DNA of 64,000 bases from NCBI GenBank assembly GCA_964426385.1, contig CAYRQF010000003.1, positions 22,938 through 86,937 on the forward strand, given 5' to 3'. The notes beneath the pieces were generated by a model, which made no database searches, was not told the DNA's origin, and saw only the letters and a program-made list of their open reading frames with translations. Source of the stretch: an uncultured Candidatus Saccharibacteria bacterium (lineage in GTDB: Bacteria > Patescibacteriota > Minisyncoccia > Phycocordibacterales > CSBR16-119). Below are positions 1 through 12,200 of the stretch, in pieces. The translations under genes and the position numbers were made by a program. The first letter of the stretch is position 1, and each line of letters starts with the position of its first letter.

Positions 1-818
1 ACAATAACGAGAAGGGTTATGTAAATGGCACGCGCGGAATCATCGCATACTTCGCCGTGAGTGGTGCGCCAGTGGTGAAGCTTCACGACGGTAGAGAGAT
101 AGAGGTTTCACAGGAGTCCTGGCTTATCGAAGAGAACGGCAAAATAAAAGCTGAGATTACTCAGTATCCGATACGTCTCGCTTGGGCTATCACCATACAC
201 AAGAGCCAGGGGCTTTCGCTCGACTACGCTGAGATAGATCTGTCGAAAACTTTTTCATACGGTATGGGGTATGTTGCTTTGTCACGACTCCGTACACTCG
301 CGGGACTTCGGCTCGTTGGGTTCGACCAGCGTGCCCTCGAGATGGATCCAAGGATACTTGAGCTTGATAATGAGCTTCAGTCCGAGAGCGAGGAGAACGT
401 ATCGCTGTTCAGTAAATTGCCTGATGATGAGTATGACAAACTCTCCCGCGATTTCATCCTGCGGTCTGGTGGAACACTAGACGCAGTCCGCAGAGCGAAA
501 GCGGAGAAGGTTCCGAGTATCCATCTGACCCGTAAGCTGATCGAGGAGAAGAAATCCCTGGCCGAGATGTCAGACAAGCGTGGGTTGGTCATCGGCACCA
601 TCATCAGCCATATCGAACAGCTCTCCGAGGAAGACCCCTCTATAGATATAGACTATCTAGCGCCAGCTAAAAAGCACATCGAGCTAGTTAGGAAGCATCT
701 GGCCAAGAGCGAGGGTAAACTTTCACCCCTCAAATCTGCCCTAAAAAGAGCTGGGACGGACCTGTCATTCGAAGATATCCGCTTGGCGCGGGTATTTGCC
801 AAGATGATGCCAAAATAG
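1..818 (+). CDS. PIF1/RecD-like helicase, C-terminal part, with C-terminal helix-turn-helix domain (5' end outside the window)
   Basis: Helicase motifs [21 protein letters not shown] and [11 protein letters not shown]; the C-terminus [26 protein letters not shown] is HTH-like; the frame is open from the window edge. Confidence 0.85.
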   Translation, partial: NNEKGYVNGTRGIIAYFAVSGAPVVKLHDGREIEVSQESWLIEENGKIKAEITQYPIRLAWAITIHKSQGLSLDYAEIDLSKTFSYGMGYVALSRLRTLAGLRLVGFDQRALEMDPRILELDNELQSESEENVSLFSKLPDDEYDKLSRDFILRSGGTLDAVRRAKAEKVPSIHLTRKLIEEKKSLAEMSDKRGLVIGTIISHIEQLSEEDPSIDIDYLAPAKKHIELVRKHLAKSEGKLSPLKSALKRAGTDLSFEDIRLARVFAKMMPK

Positions 819-927
819 GGCTGGTAGCCACGAAAGCCTATGATGGCTTTACAATTCTTGTGTATGTGCTATTCTACAATCACTTAGAAATTGAGGTCGG
901 GTTTCTGAAGCAAAAAATAGAAAAAAT

Positions 928-1125
928 ATGACTGGAACAATTAAAACTCTTACGGACAAAGGTTACGGATTCATTGCTCGCGAAGGCGAAGCAAAGGACC
1001 TCTTCTTTCATTCGAAGGACTTGCAGGGAGTAATGTTTGAGGATCTTCAGGTTGGAGATACTCTCAACTTCGAAGTCGCTGAGACTGATAAAGGCCTAAG
1101 TGCTAAGAACGTAACACGCGCGTAA
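928..1125 (+). CDS. cspA: Cold-shock domain protein
   Basis: RNP1 KGYGFI and RNP2 LFFH motifs, 65 aa. Confidence 0.95.
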   Translation: MTGTIKTLTDKGYGFIAREGEAKDLFFHSKDLQGVMFEDLQVGDTLNFEVAETDKGLSAKNVTRA

Positions 1126-1138
1126 TACCGCTGTTAGC

Positions 1139-1170
1139 AAAAAGCCTCTCGAGTGATCGAGAGGCTTTTT
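1139..1170 (+). terminator. Intrinsic terminator after csp
   Basis: AAAAAGCCTCTCGA-gtga-TCGAGAGGCTTTTT hairpin with T tract. Confidence 0.85.
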
Positions 1171-1220
1171 GTTTGGAGTTTTCCCGTGCGAAAGACATCA
1201 TGATGTAATAAAATGTATTC

Positions 1221-1877
1221 ATGTTTCAAAGCACATCACGACTCGGACTTCTCGCAGATGGCATCTTCGCCATCGTTATGACGCTACTCGTTCTCGAGAT
1301 CAAAGTTCCAGTCCTCTCATACCCAACGAACGAATCCATCTGGAGAAGTCTCGTTGACTCATACCCATTGTTTCTCTCGTACATGCTCTCGTTCGCAACG
1401 CTTTTCACATACTGGCGAGGATACCACTCCGTAGCGTCAGACTTCGCCAAGACATATAACCTTAACTTCGAGAATCTCTCTGCTGCGTTTCTCTTCTTTG
1501 TGGCGCTCATCCCATTTTCTTCACACATGCTTGGAGTTTACTCCACAACTCCAGCAGGGGTAATAATATTTGCTATCAATGTCGCTGTTATAGGAATACT
1601 ACTTTTTGCCATGCGCGAATATGCTCATTATTCTAAGGAGATAAAAAATAGGAAAACCACGTCGATGGAAGAGCGTCATGCTCATATGCGTATCGCTATT
1701 CCGATCATCTTCTCCCTCGTTGCCATCCCTTTATCATTTGTAAACACGGATTTGGCTCTCTCTATCCTAACTATTGCTATAATATTTAATCTATTCAAGC
1801 GCAGCACTCACGCCTTATCGAGGATCATTGATCCAGTAGATATCGCAGAGGTGTCCGTCAAAAAGAATAAAAAATAA
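1221..1877 (+). CDS. TMEM175 family (DUF1211) membrane protein / putative K+ channel
   Basis: RLGLLADGIFAIVMTLLVLEIKVP matches the family N-terminal motif; about 6 TM segments. Confidence 0.85.
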   Translation: MFQSTSRLGLLADGIFAIVMTLLVLEIKVPVLSYPTNESIWRSLVDSYPLFLSYMLSFATLFTYWRGYHSVASDFAKTYNLNFENLSAAFLFFVALIPFSSHMLGVYSTTPAGVIIFAINVAVIGILLFAMREYAHYSKEIKNRKTTSMEERHAHMRIAIPIIFSLVAIPLSFVNTDLALSILTIAIIFNLFKRSTHALSRIIDPVDIAEVSVKKNKK

Positions 1878-1879
1878 TT

Positions 1880-2800
1880 ATGAAACTCATAAACACAGCC
1901 GAAGCACACGTTCTATATATTGCGGATGAGACTGCAGTCTCGGAGTATTCTGGTTCGAATCCTGATACTCTGTCTGAACCTTTCAACCATGCTGGTAATA
2001 TCATGTTGATGATATATGTCGCCATCATCGTTGGGCTATTGATTATGGTCGCGAAGAAGACACCGGTCATACAGAAACACATACATAACATATTTCATCG
2101 AGCACTTGGATACGCTGATCTCGTGCCGTGGATACTCCGTCTCTCACTCGGTATCGCTCTTATCGGAGCTGGAATCAATGGGTGGCTGGTGAGTCCTATC
2201 CTCGGAGGCTTTGAGACATTCGCCTCGGCGCAGATAGTATTCGGTTTCTTGCTCCTGTCAGGATTCCTAACAACATTCGCAGTATTCGGCGCGATTCTGG
2301 TCTACTTGATGGCGTTATCTCAGAGTTTTTATCTATTTGGGTCGCTCGAGTTCCTAGCCATGTCAGTGTCGCTACTACTCCTCGACGCGCGTCGTCCAGG
2401 AGTCGATCATCTACTTGGCGTGCCTGCAATGTATTTTAGAGAGTTCAAGAAATGGATTCCAGTGATACTCCGTGTCGGGCTCGGAGTATCGTTCGTTTTC
2501 CTTGCAGTGTATGAGAAGTTCATGAATCCAGATCTCGCCGTCTATGTCGTTGATATCGCTAATCTACAAAATGTTATAAACGTGAGCCCCGCTATGTGGG
2601 TACTTGGCTCAGGCATGATCGAGTTCCTACTCGGAACATTACTAATATTTGGATTCGCGGTAAGAGCCGTCACGGCTCTGTCAGTCATCATACTGTCACT
2701 TTCCTTTTTCTACTTTGGAGAAGAAGTCACTTCTCATATTACGTTATTTGGGGCGATGTCAGCCGTATTTGTTCTCGGAGGCAAGAAAATAAAGTTTTAG
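1880..2800 (+). CDS. DoxX-like polytopic membrane protein (duplicated domain)
   Basis: Two repeats of WI..LR..LG.. followed by TM helices. Confidence 0.65.
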   Translation: MKLINTAEAHVLYIADETAVSEYSGSNPDTLSEPFNHAGNIMLMIYVAIIVGLLIMVAKKTPVIQKHIHNIFHRALGYADLVPWILRLSLGIALIGAGINGWLVSPILGGFETFASAQIVFGFLLLSGFLTTFAVFGAILVYLMALSQSFYLFGSLEFLAMSVSLLLLDARRPGVDHLLGVPAMYFREFKKWIPVILRVGLGVSFVFLAVYEKFMNPDLAVYVVDIANLQNVINVSPAMWVLGSGMIEFLLGTLLIFGFAVRAVTALSVIILSLSFFYFGEEVTSHITLFGAMSAVFVLGGKKIKF

Positions 2801-3547
2801 TTATTCGAGTATGACGAGGGTAAACATGGCGAGGACGCCGATAGCGATGGCGAGTATCTGGTATATAGACTGACGTGCGTCACTACCCCTCTGTAGTTCG
2901 GGTATAAGGTCAGCCACAGCGATATATATAAATCCTCCGGCTGCTAGTGGGAGTATCCACAGTGCAAAAGTTTCACTTGCCGAACCTAGTGTTAGGGCAA
3001 CAGCGACTCCAGCGATGGCGAGAAGACCAGAGATGAAGTTGAGCCACAAGGCTCTCTTTTTTGTGTAACCTGCATGGAGAAGTACTCCGAAGTCACCGAT
3101 CTCTTGCGGTATCTCATGCAGGACTACGGCAACAGTTGTGGCGATACCTACGGGGACGCTGACGAGGAAACTCGCGCCGATAATTACACCATCGATGAAG
3201 TTGTGGATGCCGTCAGAGAATATTACGAGCTTACCTACAGGGTGGATGTGATCGAGATGTGCGTCTTCACCATGATGATGCCAATGGAGGAATTTCTCGA
3301 CAATGAAAAATATAAGTATGCCGACGATCACGAGGATGCTGGTTGTGGTCGAGCCGAGAGCACTCTCGAATGCCTCAGGGATGATGTGAATGAAAGCATC
3401 ACCGAGCAACGCACCAACGGCTAGGGAGACTAGGATGAAAATATTTTTCTTCAAGCGCTTCTCATCTATGGATAGAGTGAACACTCCGACTAGGGATACT
3501 AGGCTCACGACGATGACTGCTAATAGTGCATATATTTGTGGTGACAT
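2801..3547 (-). CDS. ZIP family metal transporter
   Basis: HNFIDG, LHEIPQEIGDF and a His-rich loop WHHHGEDAHLDHIH. Confidence 0.95.
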   Translation of the reverse strand: MSPQIYALLAVIVVSLVSLVGVFTLSIDEKRLKKNIFILVSLAVGALLGDAFIHIIPEAFESALGSTTTSILVIVGILIFFIVEKFLHWHHHGEDAHLDHIHPVGKLVIFSDGIHNFIDGVIIGASFLVSVPVGIATTVAVVLHEIPQEIGDFGVLLHAGYTKKRALWLNFISGLLAIAGVAVALTLGSASETFALWILPLAAGGFIYIAVADLIPELQRGSDARQSIYQILAIAIGVLAMFTLVILE

Positions 3548-3619
3548 ATATCGATACTAGCCAAAGATGGCGATAAAATCAAACTTTTGAAATCATTAAC
3601 AAAAAGCTAGAATACTTTT

Positions 3620-4036
3620 ATGAGTGATGTAAATAATCGTCCCGGAATCGGAGTTGGTGTGATTGTATTACGTGATGGAAAAATTCTGATTGGCGAAAGA
3701 ACGGGGAATCATGGCTCAGGAACATTTATGATTCCTGGCGGGCACATCGAGTTTGGCGAGACATTCGAACAGGTAGCCGTCCGCGAAACAGAAGAAGAAA
3801 CGGGGCTCAAGGATGTAAAAATCAAAAGCTTAGTCTCGATATCAAATAATATAGATTACGACAAGCATTATGTTTCGATCGGCATGCTGGCCGAATCATC
3901 ATCTGGTAGTCCGTATGACGCTGAGCCAGATAAATCCAGAAATTGGAAATGGTACGATATGCAGAATCTTCCTGAAAATATTTTCCTGCCGAGTCGTCGT
4001 GTGATCGATGCATGGCTTTCGGGAAAAATTTACTAA
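3620..4036 (+). CDS. NUDIX hydrolase (NUDT15-like)
   Basis: Nudix box GGHIEFGETFEQVAVRETEEETGL. Confidence 0.9.
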   Translation: MSDVNNRPGIGVGVIVLRDGKILIGERTGNHGSGTFMIPGGHIEFGETFEQVAVRETEEETGLKDVKIKSLVSISNNIDYDKHYVSIGMLAESSSGSPYDAEPDKSRNWKWYDMQNLPENIFLPSRRVIDAWLSGKIY

Positions 4037-4037
4037 A

Positions 4038-4083
4038 AACAACACAGGGTCCCTCGCGTGTAGCGGGGACCCTGTTGTTTTTT
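4038..4083. terminator. Bidirectional terminator hairpin
   Basis: ACAGGGTCCC...GGGACCCTGT stem between convergent genes. Confidence 0.75.
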
Positions 4084-4094
4084 GGCTGTGCGGC

Positions 4095-4265
4095 TTATTC
4101 GGATGATTGTCCAACCGTATTCAGCTTCTCCAGCGGCCCAGCGCACTTAGTGCAAACCCCGAGTGTGTCGGGATCATCGTCTTGGACATGCATGCATGAG
4201 GTACACTGCCAGCTTGCAGTGTCAGGTACCGCTGTCGTTGAGGTCAGGGCGTTGGTTTCAGGCAT
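4095..4265 (-). CDS. 56 aa zinc-ribbon-like small protein (not in the ORF track)
   Basis: Translated by hand: MPETNALTSTTAVPDTASWQCTSCMHVQDDDPDTLGVCTKCAGPLEKLNTVGQSSE; two CxxC; upstream TTGCAA-17-TAAACT promoter. Confidence 0.7.
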   Translation of the reverse strand: MPETNALTSTTAVPDTASWQCTSCMHVQDDDPDTLGVCTKCAGPLEKLNTVGQSSE

Positions 4266-4353
4266 GGTCGTTGGTTTTGCTTAATAGTTTATTTAAAAAT
4301 ACAGAGCTTTGCAATCTTTTTGGAAACGTATCTCTGTGATACGATAAATACCT

Positions 4354-6099
4354 ATGGAAATTAATGATTTAGCGAAAAAAAGACATACTTTGGCCCACCT
4401 TTTGGCCGCGGCGACTCTCGAGCACTATCCGGATACGAAATTGACCCTCGGGCCCGCTATAGATAATGGTTTCTACTATGATATGGAGTTTTCGAAGCCT
4501 CTAACTGATGCTGATCTACCAAAAATCGAGAAATCCATGAAGAAACTCCTTTCTAAGTGGACAGAATTCTCTCATAGAGAGGTTTCGGTTGACGAAGCTC
4601 GTCTGATTTTTGCCGAAAACCCTTATAAACTCGAACTTATCGAAGAAATATCCGCAAAAGGTGAGCCAATTACTCTATATATATGTGCTGGCTTCGAAGA
4701 TCTCTGTCGTGGAGGGCATTCCGAGAATCCTGCCAGGGAGATTGACGTTGAGTCATTCAAGCTCGACAAGGTTGCCGGTGCCTATTGGCGCGGAGATGAG
4801 AAAAACAAGATGCTAACCCGTGTTTACGGATTGGCCTTTGAAAATAAAGCCGAATTAGACGTCTATACCAAAATGATGGCTGATGCCAAGGAGCGAGATC
4901 ACCGAAAACTCGGAAAAGAGCTTGATTTGTTTACATTTTCTGAGCTCGTGGGTCCAGGATTACCTCTTTTTACCCCAAAAGGTACTATTTTACGTGATTT
5001 GATTGTAGAAAAGATTCAAAATCTTCAGAAAAAGTATGGCTACCAGAAGGTTACGATCCCGCATATTACTAAAAAGGAACTTTATGAGACTTCCGGCCAC
5101 TGGACTAAGTTCGGAGACGAGCTTTTCAAGGTAAAAGGTGTCAGCAACGTAGAATTTGTGATGAAGCCTATGAATTGCCCTCATCATACTCAGATTTATG
5201 CTTCAAAACCCCGAAGTTATAAGGATTTACCGATTCGATACATGGAAACAGGTGTTGTTTATCGTGATGAACAGGCGGGTGAACTTCTAGGGCTCTCGCG
5301 TGTACGCGCAATTTCACAGGATGACGGACATTTGTTCGTTACACCGGACCAAATAGAGGAAGAAATAACCAATATAGTGAGTATTATCAAGCAATTCTAT
5401 ACATCTCTAGGGATGTGGAAGGAGGGCAACTTCTGGGTTTCTCTTTCTGCTCGCGATCCGGAAAATCCTGATAAATATTTGGGTGGGGCTGATGTTTGGG
5501 ACAACGCTGAAGCCATACTAGAGAGTATCGCCAAGAAAAACGACCTTCCTTATAAGAAAGTCCTTGGAGAAGCCGCATTTTATGGACCAAAACTAGATTT
5601 CCAGTTCAAGGACGCTATTGGCAGACAGTGGCAGCTGGGTACTGCGCAGCTCGACTTCAACCTTCCAGCGAGATTTAAGCTTGAATATACTGATAAAGAT
5701 GGGCTTAAGAAGGCTCCAGTCATGATTCATAGAGCGGTAGCCGGCTCTCTAGAGAGATTTCTCTCGGTCGCTATCGAACACTTTGCCGGCAACTTCCCAT
5801 TCTGGCTCGCGCCGGTTCAATTGGCTATTATTCCTATAAAGGACGACGTGCATGGAGCTTTTGCCAAGGAAATACATGAGAAAATGCTGAATCAAGGCAT
5901 TCGCGCAGACCTAATGGACGGAAACGAAGGTTTCGGCAAGCGTGTCCGAGAAGCCAAGAATCAAAAAGTCACATTTATCATGGTTATCGGTGATAAAGAA
6001 GTTGAATCGAAAATATTCAAACTCGAAGGTGTAGAAACTTTCGAAAATCAAACTTTGGAAGAAATAGAAAGTAAGTTTTCGGAACTCAACTCGATTTAA
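4354..6099 (+). CDS. thrS: Threonine--tRNA ligase (lacks the N-terminal TGS domain)
   Basis: RHTLAHLLA, DLCRGGH, KPMNCPHH, EAAFYGPKLDF, IHRA motifs. Confidence 0.98.
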   Translation: MEINDLAKKRHTLAHLLAAATLEHYPDTKLTLGPAIDNGFYYDMEFSKPLTDADLPKIEKSMKKLLSKWTEFSHREVSVDEARLIFAENPYKLELIEEISAKGEPITLYICAGFEDLCRGGHSENPAREIDVESFKLDKVAGAYWRGDEKNKMLTRVYGLAFENKAELDVYTKMMADAKERDHRKLGKELDLFTFSELVGPGLPLFTPKGTILRDLIVEKIQNLQKKYGYQKVTIPHITKKELYETSGHWTKFGDELFKVKGVSNVEFVMKPMNCPHHTQIYASKPRSYKDLPIRYMETGVVYRDEQAGELLGLSRVRAISQDDGHLFVTPDQIEEEITNIVSIIKQFYTSLGMWKEGNFWVSLSARDPENPDKYLGGADVWDNAEAILESIAKKNDLPYKKVLGEAAFYGPKLDFQFKDAIGRQWQLGTAQLDFNLPARFKLEYTDKDGLKKAPVMIHRAVAGSLERFLSVAIEHFAGNFPFWLAPVQLAIIPIKDDVHGAFAKEIHEKMLNQGIRADLMDGNEGFGKRVREAKNQKVTFIMVIGDKEVESKIFKLEGVETFENQTLEEIESKFSELNSI

Positions 6100-6220
6100 T
6101 TTCTAAAACTTTTTAAATCAACATGTTCATAGTTATGAACAGTTTTTTCGTATTGACAGTACGAAACATTTTAATGTCCGATATAATATAGGTATTAAAA
6201 ATTATAAGTTTTATCATTGT

Positions 6221-9200
6221 ATGAAATTGCAACGAGCATTTTTCTTGGTTATCGCATTAGTATTTCTAGTCGGCTTCACAGTTACTGTATCAGGACCGGG
6301 CGGTGCATCACAGAGAGCACAGGTGACTGGTGCTGTATCGAATCAATCTATCAGAGGCTACTCTCTGGTAAACGCAGACACTGATACGATAATCGGACCA
6401 CTCTCCGATGGTCAAACAATCGATCTCGCAGAGCTTGGCACGAATCATGTAAATATCGTTGCAGAGACATCTCCTTCTGTCGTCGGTAGTGTTGCGTTTC
6501 ATCTTGATGATCTTGCTCGTGTTGTCAAGAATAGCGCTCCATATGCTCTCGGCGGACACAACAACGCCGGCAATTTCTACGCGGCGAATCTCTCGGTCGG
6601 AGATCATACACTAAAGACTCAGGCATTTACTCTGGCCCGTGCTCGCGGACTGGGTAGTGCTGTAAGCGAGATTCGATTCAGCGTCGTCGGAGGATCGCCG
6701 AGATCGTCTGGTGGTCAAACTCAGGCTAGTTCTGATTCAACGACACCCATCTCTAACACACAGCAGACTCATTCGACTCCTGGCAATGTTGCGAATGTAA
6801 CAGGTGCTGAAGTCCAAGAAATCAAATCTTTCACTCTAATAAATGCTGACACCAACCAAGAGATAGTGGCGATAGAGAACGGTGCAGTTTTAGATATTCA
6901 GAATCTCGGTACCACGAATCTCACCATCAGGGCCAACGCTACTCCAACTAATGTCGGCTCAGTTAAGTTCTACCTTGATAGTGTGGCGGTGCGGACAGAC
7001 AATCTTTTTCCGTATACCAATGTCGCGAGTACAACAACTGATGATTATCGACCATGGTCATTTACTCCGGGACAAGAGTACTCAATAACAGCAATACCAT
7101 TTAGTCTCTCTCGCGCTCGCGGTGTAGAGGGTACACCGCTAACTGTTTCTTTCACCATCGGGCAAAATCCAGTCGGTGGGCATGAACCTGTAGTTGGACG
7201 ATCTATGGACCCTTCTGTTCCTGCTATGGGGTGTCTAACTGCTACGGTTACCAATGACCCAAATGGTGGCAATAACCCAGGCACCATAACCATCGATTGG
7301 CCAGATGTTTCTGGACATCCATACTATAAAGCTTGGAGAATTCAGAATGGACAAGTGGAAGTATCTACCGAAAATCAGGGTGGTGCCGTTACATATAACT
7401 CTATGACCCCTGGAACATGGACGATCAGAGTAGCTTTCCTTGAAGCGGGCGCACTACCAAACACAAGTGCAGACTGGGGACCAGAGTCTGAAATCAGTAA
7501 TCTCGTCATAAGTACTAGTATCCCAGGTCCTGTAACAACTACAACATGCGGGCAAGAGCCAGTCGAGTCTGCACAGCTCAAAGTGTTCCTTGGTGGAGCA
7601 TACAACTCCTCTACAGGACTTATGTCCACTGCACTTAATGATGCAAACGTTATACCTCTCACTGAACCTTACACGGGAGAAGGTTATCAGTTTACTAACG
7701 GCTCAGGCTCATCGATTTCTTCTGGCGTCCTCAACGCTACAGGAAATGACGCAATCGTTGATTGGGTTATCGTCGAACTACGAAATCAAAACAACAATCT
7801 AGATATAGTAAGTTCTCGCCCAGCACTACTACAAGCAGATGGAGAAGTCGTTGGTCTAAACGGCACTACTCCGATATTTGACTCTTTCTCTTCGGGCACA
7901 TACTACGTAGTCGTCCATCACCGAAACCACTTGGCTGTCATGACTGCGAATCCGGTCAACATCAGTAATTCTGTAGACTTGACCAACTCAACGCTCTGGG
8001 GAACCAATGCCGCCAAATTGGTCAGCGGAACAAAGGTTCTATGGCCAGGTGATGTTAATAATGATGGTCTCGTAAAATACACAGGCGGAAACAACGACAG
8101 AGATCCGATCCTCCAAGTCGTGGGCTCAAATACGCCAAATAATGTTGTTACAAACGCCTATGCAAAAGCTGACCTAAACATGGATAGCACTGTTAAGCAT
8201 ACTGGTACGAAGAACGACAGAGACATTATTTTCCAGTCGATAGGTTCAGTAGATCCAACAGTAGTGAATGTGGAACAATTACCTCAACCATCTAGTACCA
8301 CCATCACTTCTATACAGGTAGTAAATACACAGGGTGTGGTACAGCAGACACTTTCTGCTGGGCAGACTATCAACATAGGTACTCAAAATGGTGGCTACGG
8401 AACAAGCATTGCTCTCAAAGCCAACACTAGTACTAGTCCTGTACCAGGAAGTGTTAAATATACCCTCACGCGCGCAGGCAATACGCATGAAAATATAGAT
8501 AACGCTGCTCCATTCTCATCTCATGGTGATACAGGAGGAAACTATACAGCCTGGACCAGCCTACAGCCAGGCGCATATCATCTAACCGCTTTGCCATATG
8601 ATGGAGCTAATGCCACAGGAGCATCAGGTACGGGTGCAGACTTCGACTTCGTTGTCGTAAACAATGATACTGTCGCCCCTCTCGCGCCACAGAATGTATC
8701 AATCAATTACCGATCGGCAGATGAGATAAGACTCTCATGGAGTCCTTCAGTTGGTGCGACGAACTATCAGGTAGTAAGGACAGGTAATGGACAGACATTC
8801 CCACTTCAGTCTGGTACAACTTTTAACGACACCACTGGGCTAACAAGCAATGGAACATTCTCTTATGTGGTCACTGCCATTAACTCAAATGGTCAGGTGT
8901 CGCCTAACTCAACGTCTATCGATGCTCCGACTCTGTCACCAGCCTTCACAGCCGGTACACTGGTTGCTCCAAATGCCAACAATACCCAGGTTAGAGCACT
9001 GCCAGAGAATCCGACGCTTGTTGGAACTGTTAACACTACGAACAACGGATCTGTTGTTACCGGAACATCACCTTCAGGGCATGTTGTCTGGGTAAAGGGC
9101 GTTACCCCAGCTCCAGATGTCCGATATCTCCGAACCACATTTACCAGCCCTGCACTATCTGGTCCAGGCTGGGTAGATCAGACAAAGCTGATCACGTATG

Positions 9201-12200
9201 TTGCGCCGGCTGCACCACTGCCTCCAACTAACTTCACAGGCTCTGGCACATCAACCTCGAACATCAACCTCACATGGACAGATGTTGCTACAAATGAGAC
9301 AGGGTATGAGGTTCAGAGAGCGGCACTAACTGATACGAATTTTACTAGTCCGACAACGACCACTTACGGACCAAACTCTAACGCCACCTCGATATCTACC
9401 GGCCTCTCTGCGGGTACCGCATATCTATTCCGCATTAGAGCAGTTAGTTCGACAAGCGGACTCAATTCTGTGTGGGTTTACTCTGCCCCTGCTTCGATCT
9501 CTACGCAGGCTGCTCAGACAGCACCGAATGCACCAACTAACCTCACTGGTTCTGCTTCGTCGACATCACAAATAAATCTCTCATGGACAGATAATGCGAA
9601 TAATGAAACAGGCTTCACTCTTAATAGGGCTACAGCTCCTGATTTCAGTTCCGGATTTGTCACCACTAACGTGCCAGCAAACAGTCCGACAGCTCCAAGC
9701 ACGGTTAACCATCCTGTCACAGGGCTTGCTGCAGGACAGACATACTACTTCCAGGTTAAAGCGATAAATGGCACCGGAGATTCCGCTTGGGCAACTCCAA
9801 ACCCTCTTTCTGTGGCTACACAGAATGTTGTGGCCGGCACATGTAATCCTGGTACAGTTGCGCCAATGCTTCCACCGAACAACTCACCGGTTAATGACTT
9901 GTCTAGAACGAATGGTGCCAACAGATCTGTGCAGCTATCATCAGCTGTTACGGGTGCTAATCAGATAACGATATGTTGGGACACTGTTGCTCAGAGAACT
10001 ATAAGCGGCAGTATCTCTGTCTACAGGAAATCAGGTTACACTTCTACGAGCTGGGGTACAGCGATAGCTACTTTGGCTAATACAGAGACAAGTTATGTAG
10101 ACAATAGTGTTACCCAAGGCACTTATTACGAATACAAAGTATCTTTCTCACAGAGTTCAACTTCATCAGCAAGCGGTGTTAGCACTAACGGTACAGCCGC
10201 AGGATACATAGCTACTGGTATAAATGTTCCTGAGGAATCCAGCAGAGGTAAAATGGCCCTAGTTATAGACAACAGTATGGTAACCGGCACTAACGGAAGC
10301 GCTCCAACTGGAGGAGATTCAGCGCTTATGTCTAAAGTAAACACTCTAATAGATGACCTAAATGCTGACCGATGGACCGTCTATCCTATATACGTAGGAC
10401 GTGGTGATACCGTAGCAAGCGTCAAAGCGCTTATCGTTGCGCAGAATCCGGCCGCCATCTACTTGCTAGGACATGTTCCAGTAGATAAGACTCACACAAT
10501 GTCTCCTGACGGTCACGGAGATCAGATACCTTGGTCTTCAGACGCTTATTATTCCGTGTCAGGTACGTACGGAACAACTGTTGCCCCTGTTTATCAGATC
10601 GGCCGAGTCGATGCGTTCAAGATGGAGGTATTCGGCGCCGGTAATCCTTCTAGTGATGCTACCGCCGCTACAGCAGGAGAGAAAACTGTAATAGGAAATT
10701 ATCTGGACAAAGTACACAATTACAAGATTGGCTCCACTACTGTTCAGCAGAGAGCTATTATCAAGGACGCCCTTGATCACGCTTATTCCGGCTTCACTAG
10801 CGCACAAAATGCTACCGTTGGCGCTTGGTCAACATTCCCTTCAGTTGTTGGTTTGGCAAATACATATGTGACCAACGAGAGAGGAACTCTCTTGACTCCG
10901 TCTCTACAGGGCTCGAATGACACATACCTACTCATGCTTGCACAATCTGGTGGACAGTGTGACAGAGATAACGATTCAGCCACTGGAACATCTGCGGGAT
11001 TTGCGGCGATAAGCGGCGGAGCTGTGTTCAACATGGCCGGCGGCAGCCGTTTCGGAAGCTTCGATAACTGTATATCTTTCCGTGAAAATAACTTCTTAAA
11101 AGCGCTGCTGTTCGGTGGTAAAGGAATGGTTAGTCTCTATAGCTTAGATCATCACTGGTATCTCCACTCTCTGGCCATGGGACAGAATATTGGTTATGCG
11201 ACCAAGGTGTCCATGAATAATCACTCTACTCAGGTTTATACACCAGTCAGTTGGTATCAACAGCGAAATTACAACGCTTTTATGAGTCCACTCGGCGATC
11301 CATCTATTCGCGCCTCATACTTTACCATCCCGTCGACGTTTACTGCGAGCGGTACGGCAGGAAACCCTATAAACTTCTCATGGAGCAGTGTTTCAGGAGC
11401 AGAAGGCTACAATGTCTACAAGATTACTTCATCTGCTGTGACTAAACTTAACAGCTCGATGATAGCAAGTACGTCATACACAGGATCTGAAATATATACC
11501 TCAGGAGCCAAATACATGGTGACTGCGCTCGACCTTACGACCTCAGGAAGCGGTGGAACATATTATAGAGAATCCCTCGGAAAGATGACTCTCACAACAG
11601 GTGGAGGCGGAGGAGACTTGGCAGCTCCGACTACACCAGGAAGCTTCGCGGTGAGTGGAACAACTGCCTCAAGCGTAAATCTTACATGGACGGCCTCTAC
11701 AGGTAATCCAGTAGGAGAGGCGGTAACTTACAAGATCCTCCGAAGCAGTGCGACAAACGGCACATATACTCAGGTTGGAACCGATACTGCTTCACCTTAC
11801 TCCGACACGACTGTTACTGCAGGCAACACTTACTACTACAGGATTACAGCTTCTGATGCTGCAAGTAACACTTCACAGCCTGCACCCTCAGCGTCTACAG
11901 GCATCTCTGCTACAACTGTAGACAACCAAGCACCTTCTGCACCGGCAGGACTTATGTCGACAGCACAGACGACGGGAAGCATTACACTCACTTGGAACGC
12001 CTCCACGGGTAACCCTGTAGGCGAGACCATTAACTACAAGGTCTTCCGAAGTACGACAGCTAACGGAACATACACTCAGACAGGTAGCTCTACAACTAAT
12101 ACAACATTCACTGATTCAGGACTAACAGCGGGAACAACTTATTACTATAAAGTGTCTGCAACAGACGCTTCCAATAACTCTTCCGCTCAAAATCCTTCTT

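Noticed and set aside
4012-4284. 90 aa plus-strand ORF
   Set aside because: It spans a terminator and is antisense to the better-supported CxxC microprotein.
6124-6141. Palindrome TGTTCATA-gt-TATGAACA as an operator of the giant gene
   Set aside because: Equally explained as a weak thrS terminator, since it is followed by a T run; no second copy or regulator was seen.
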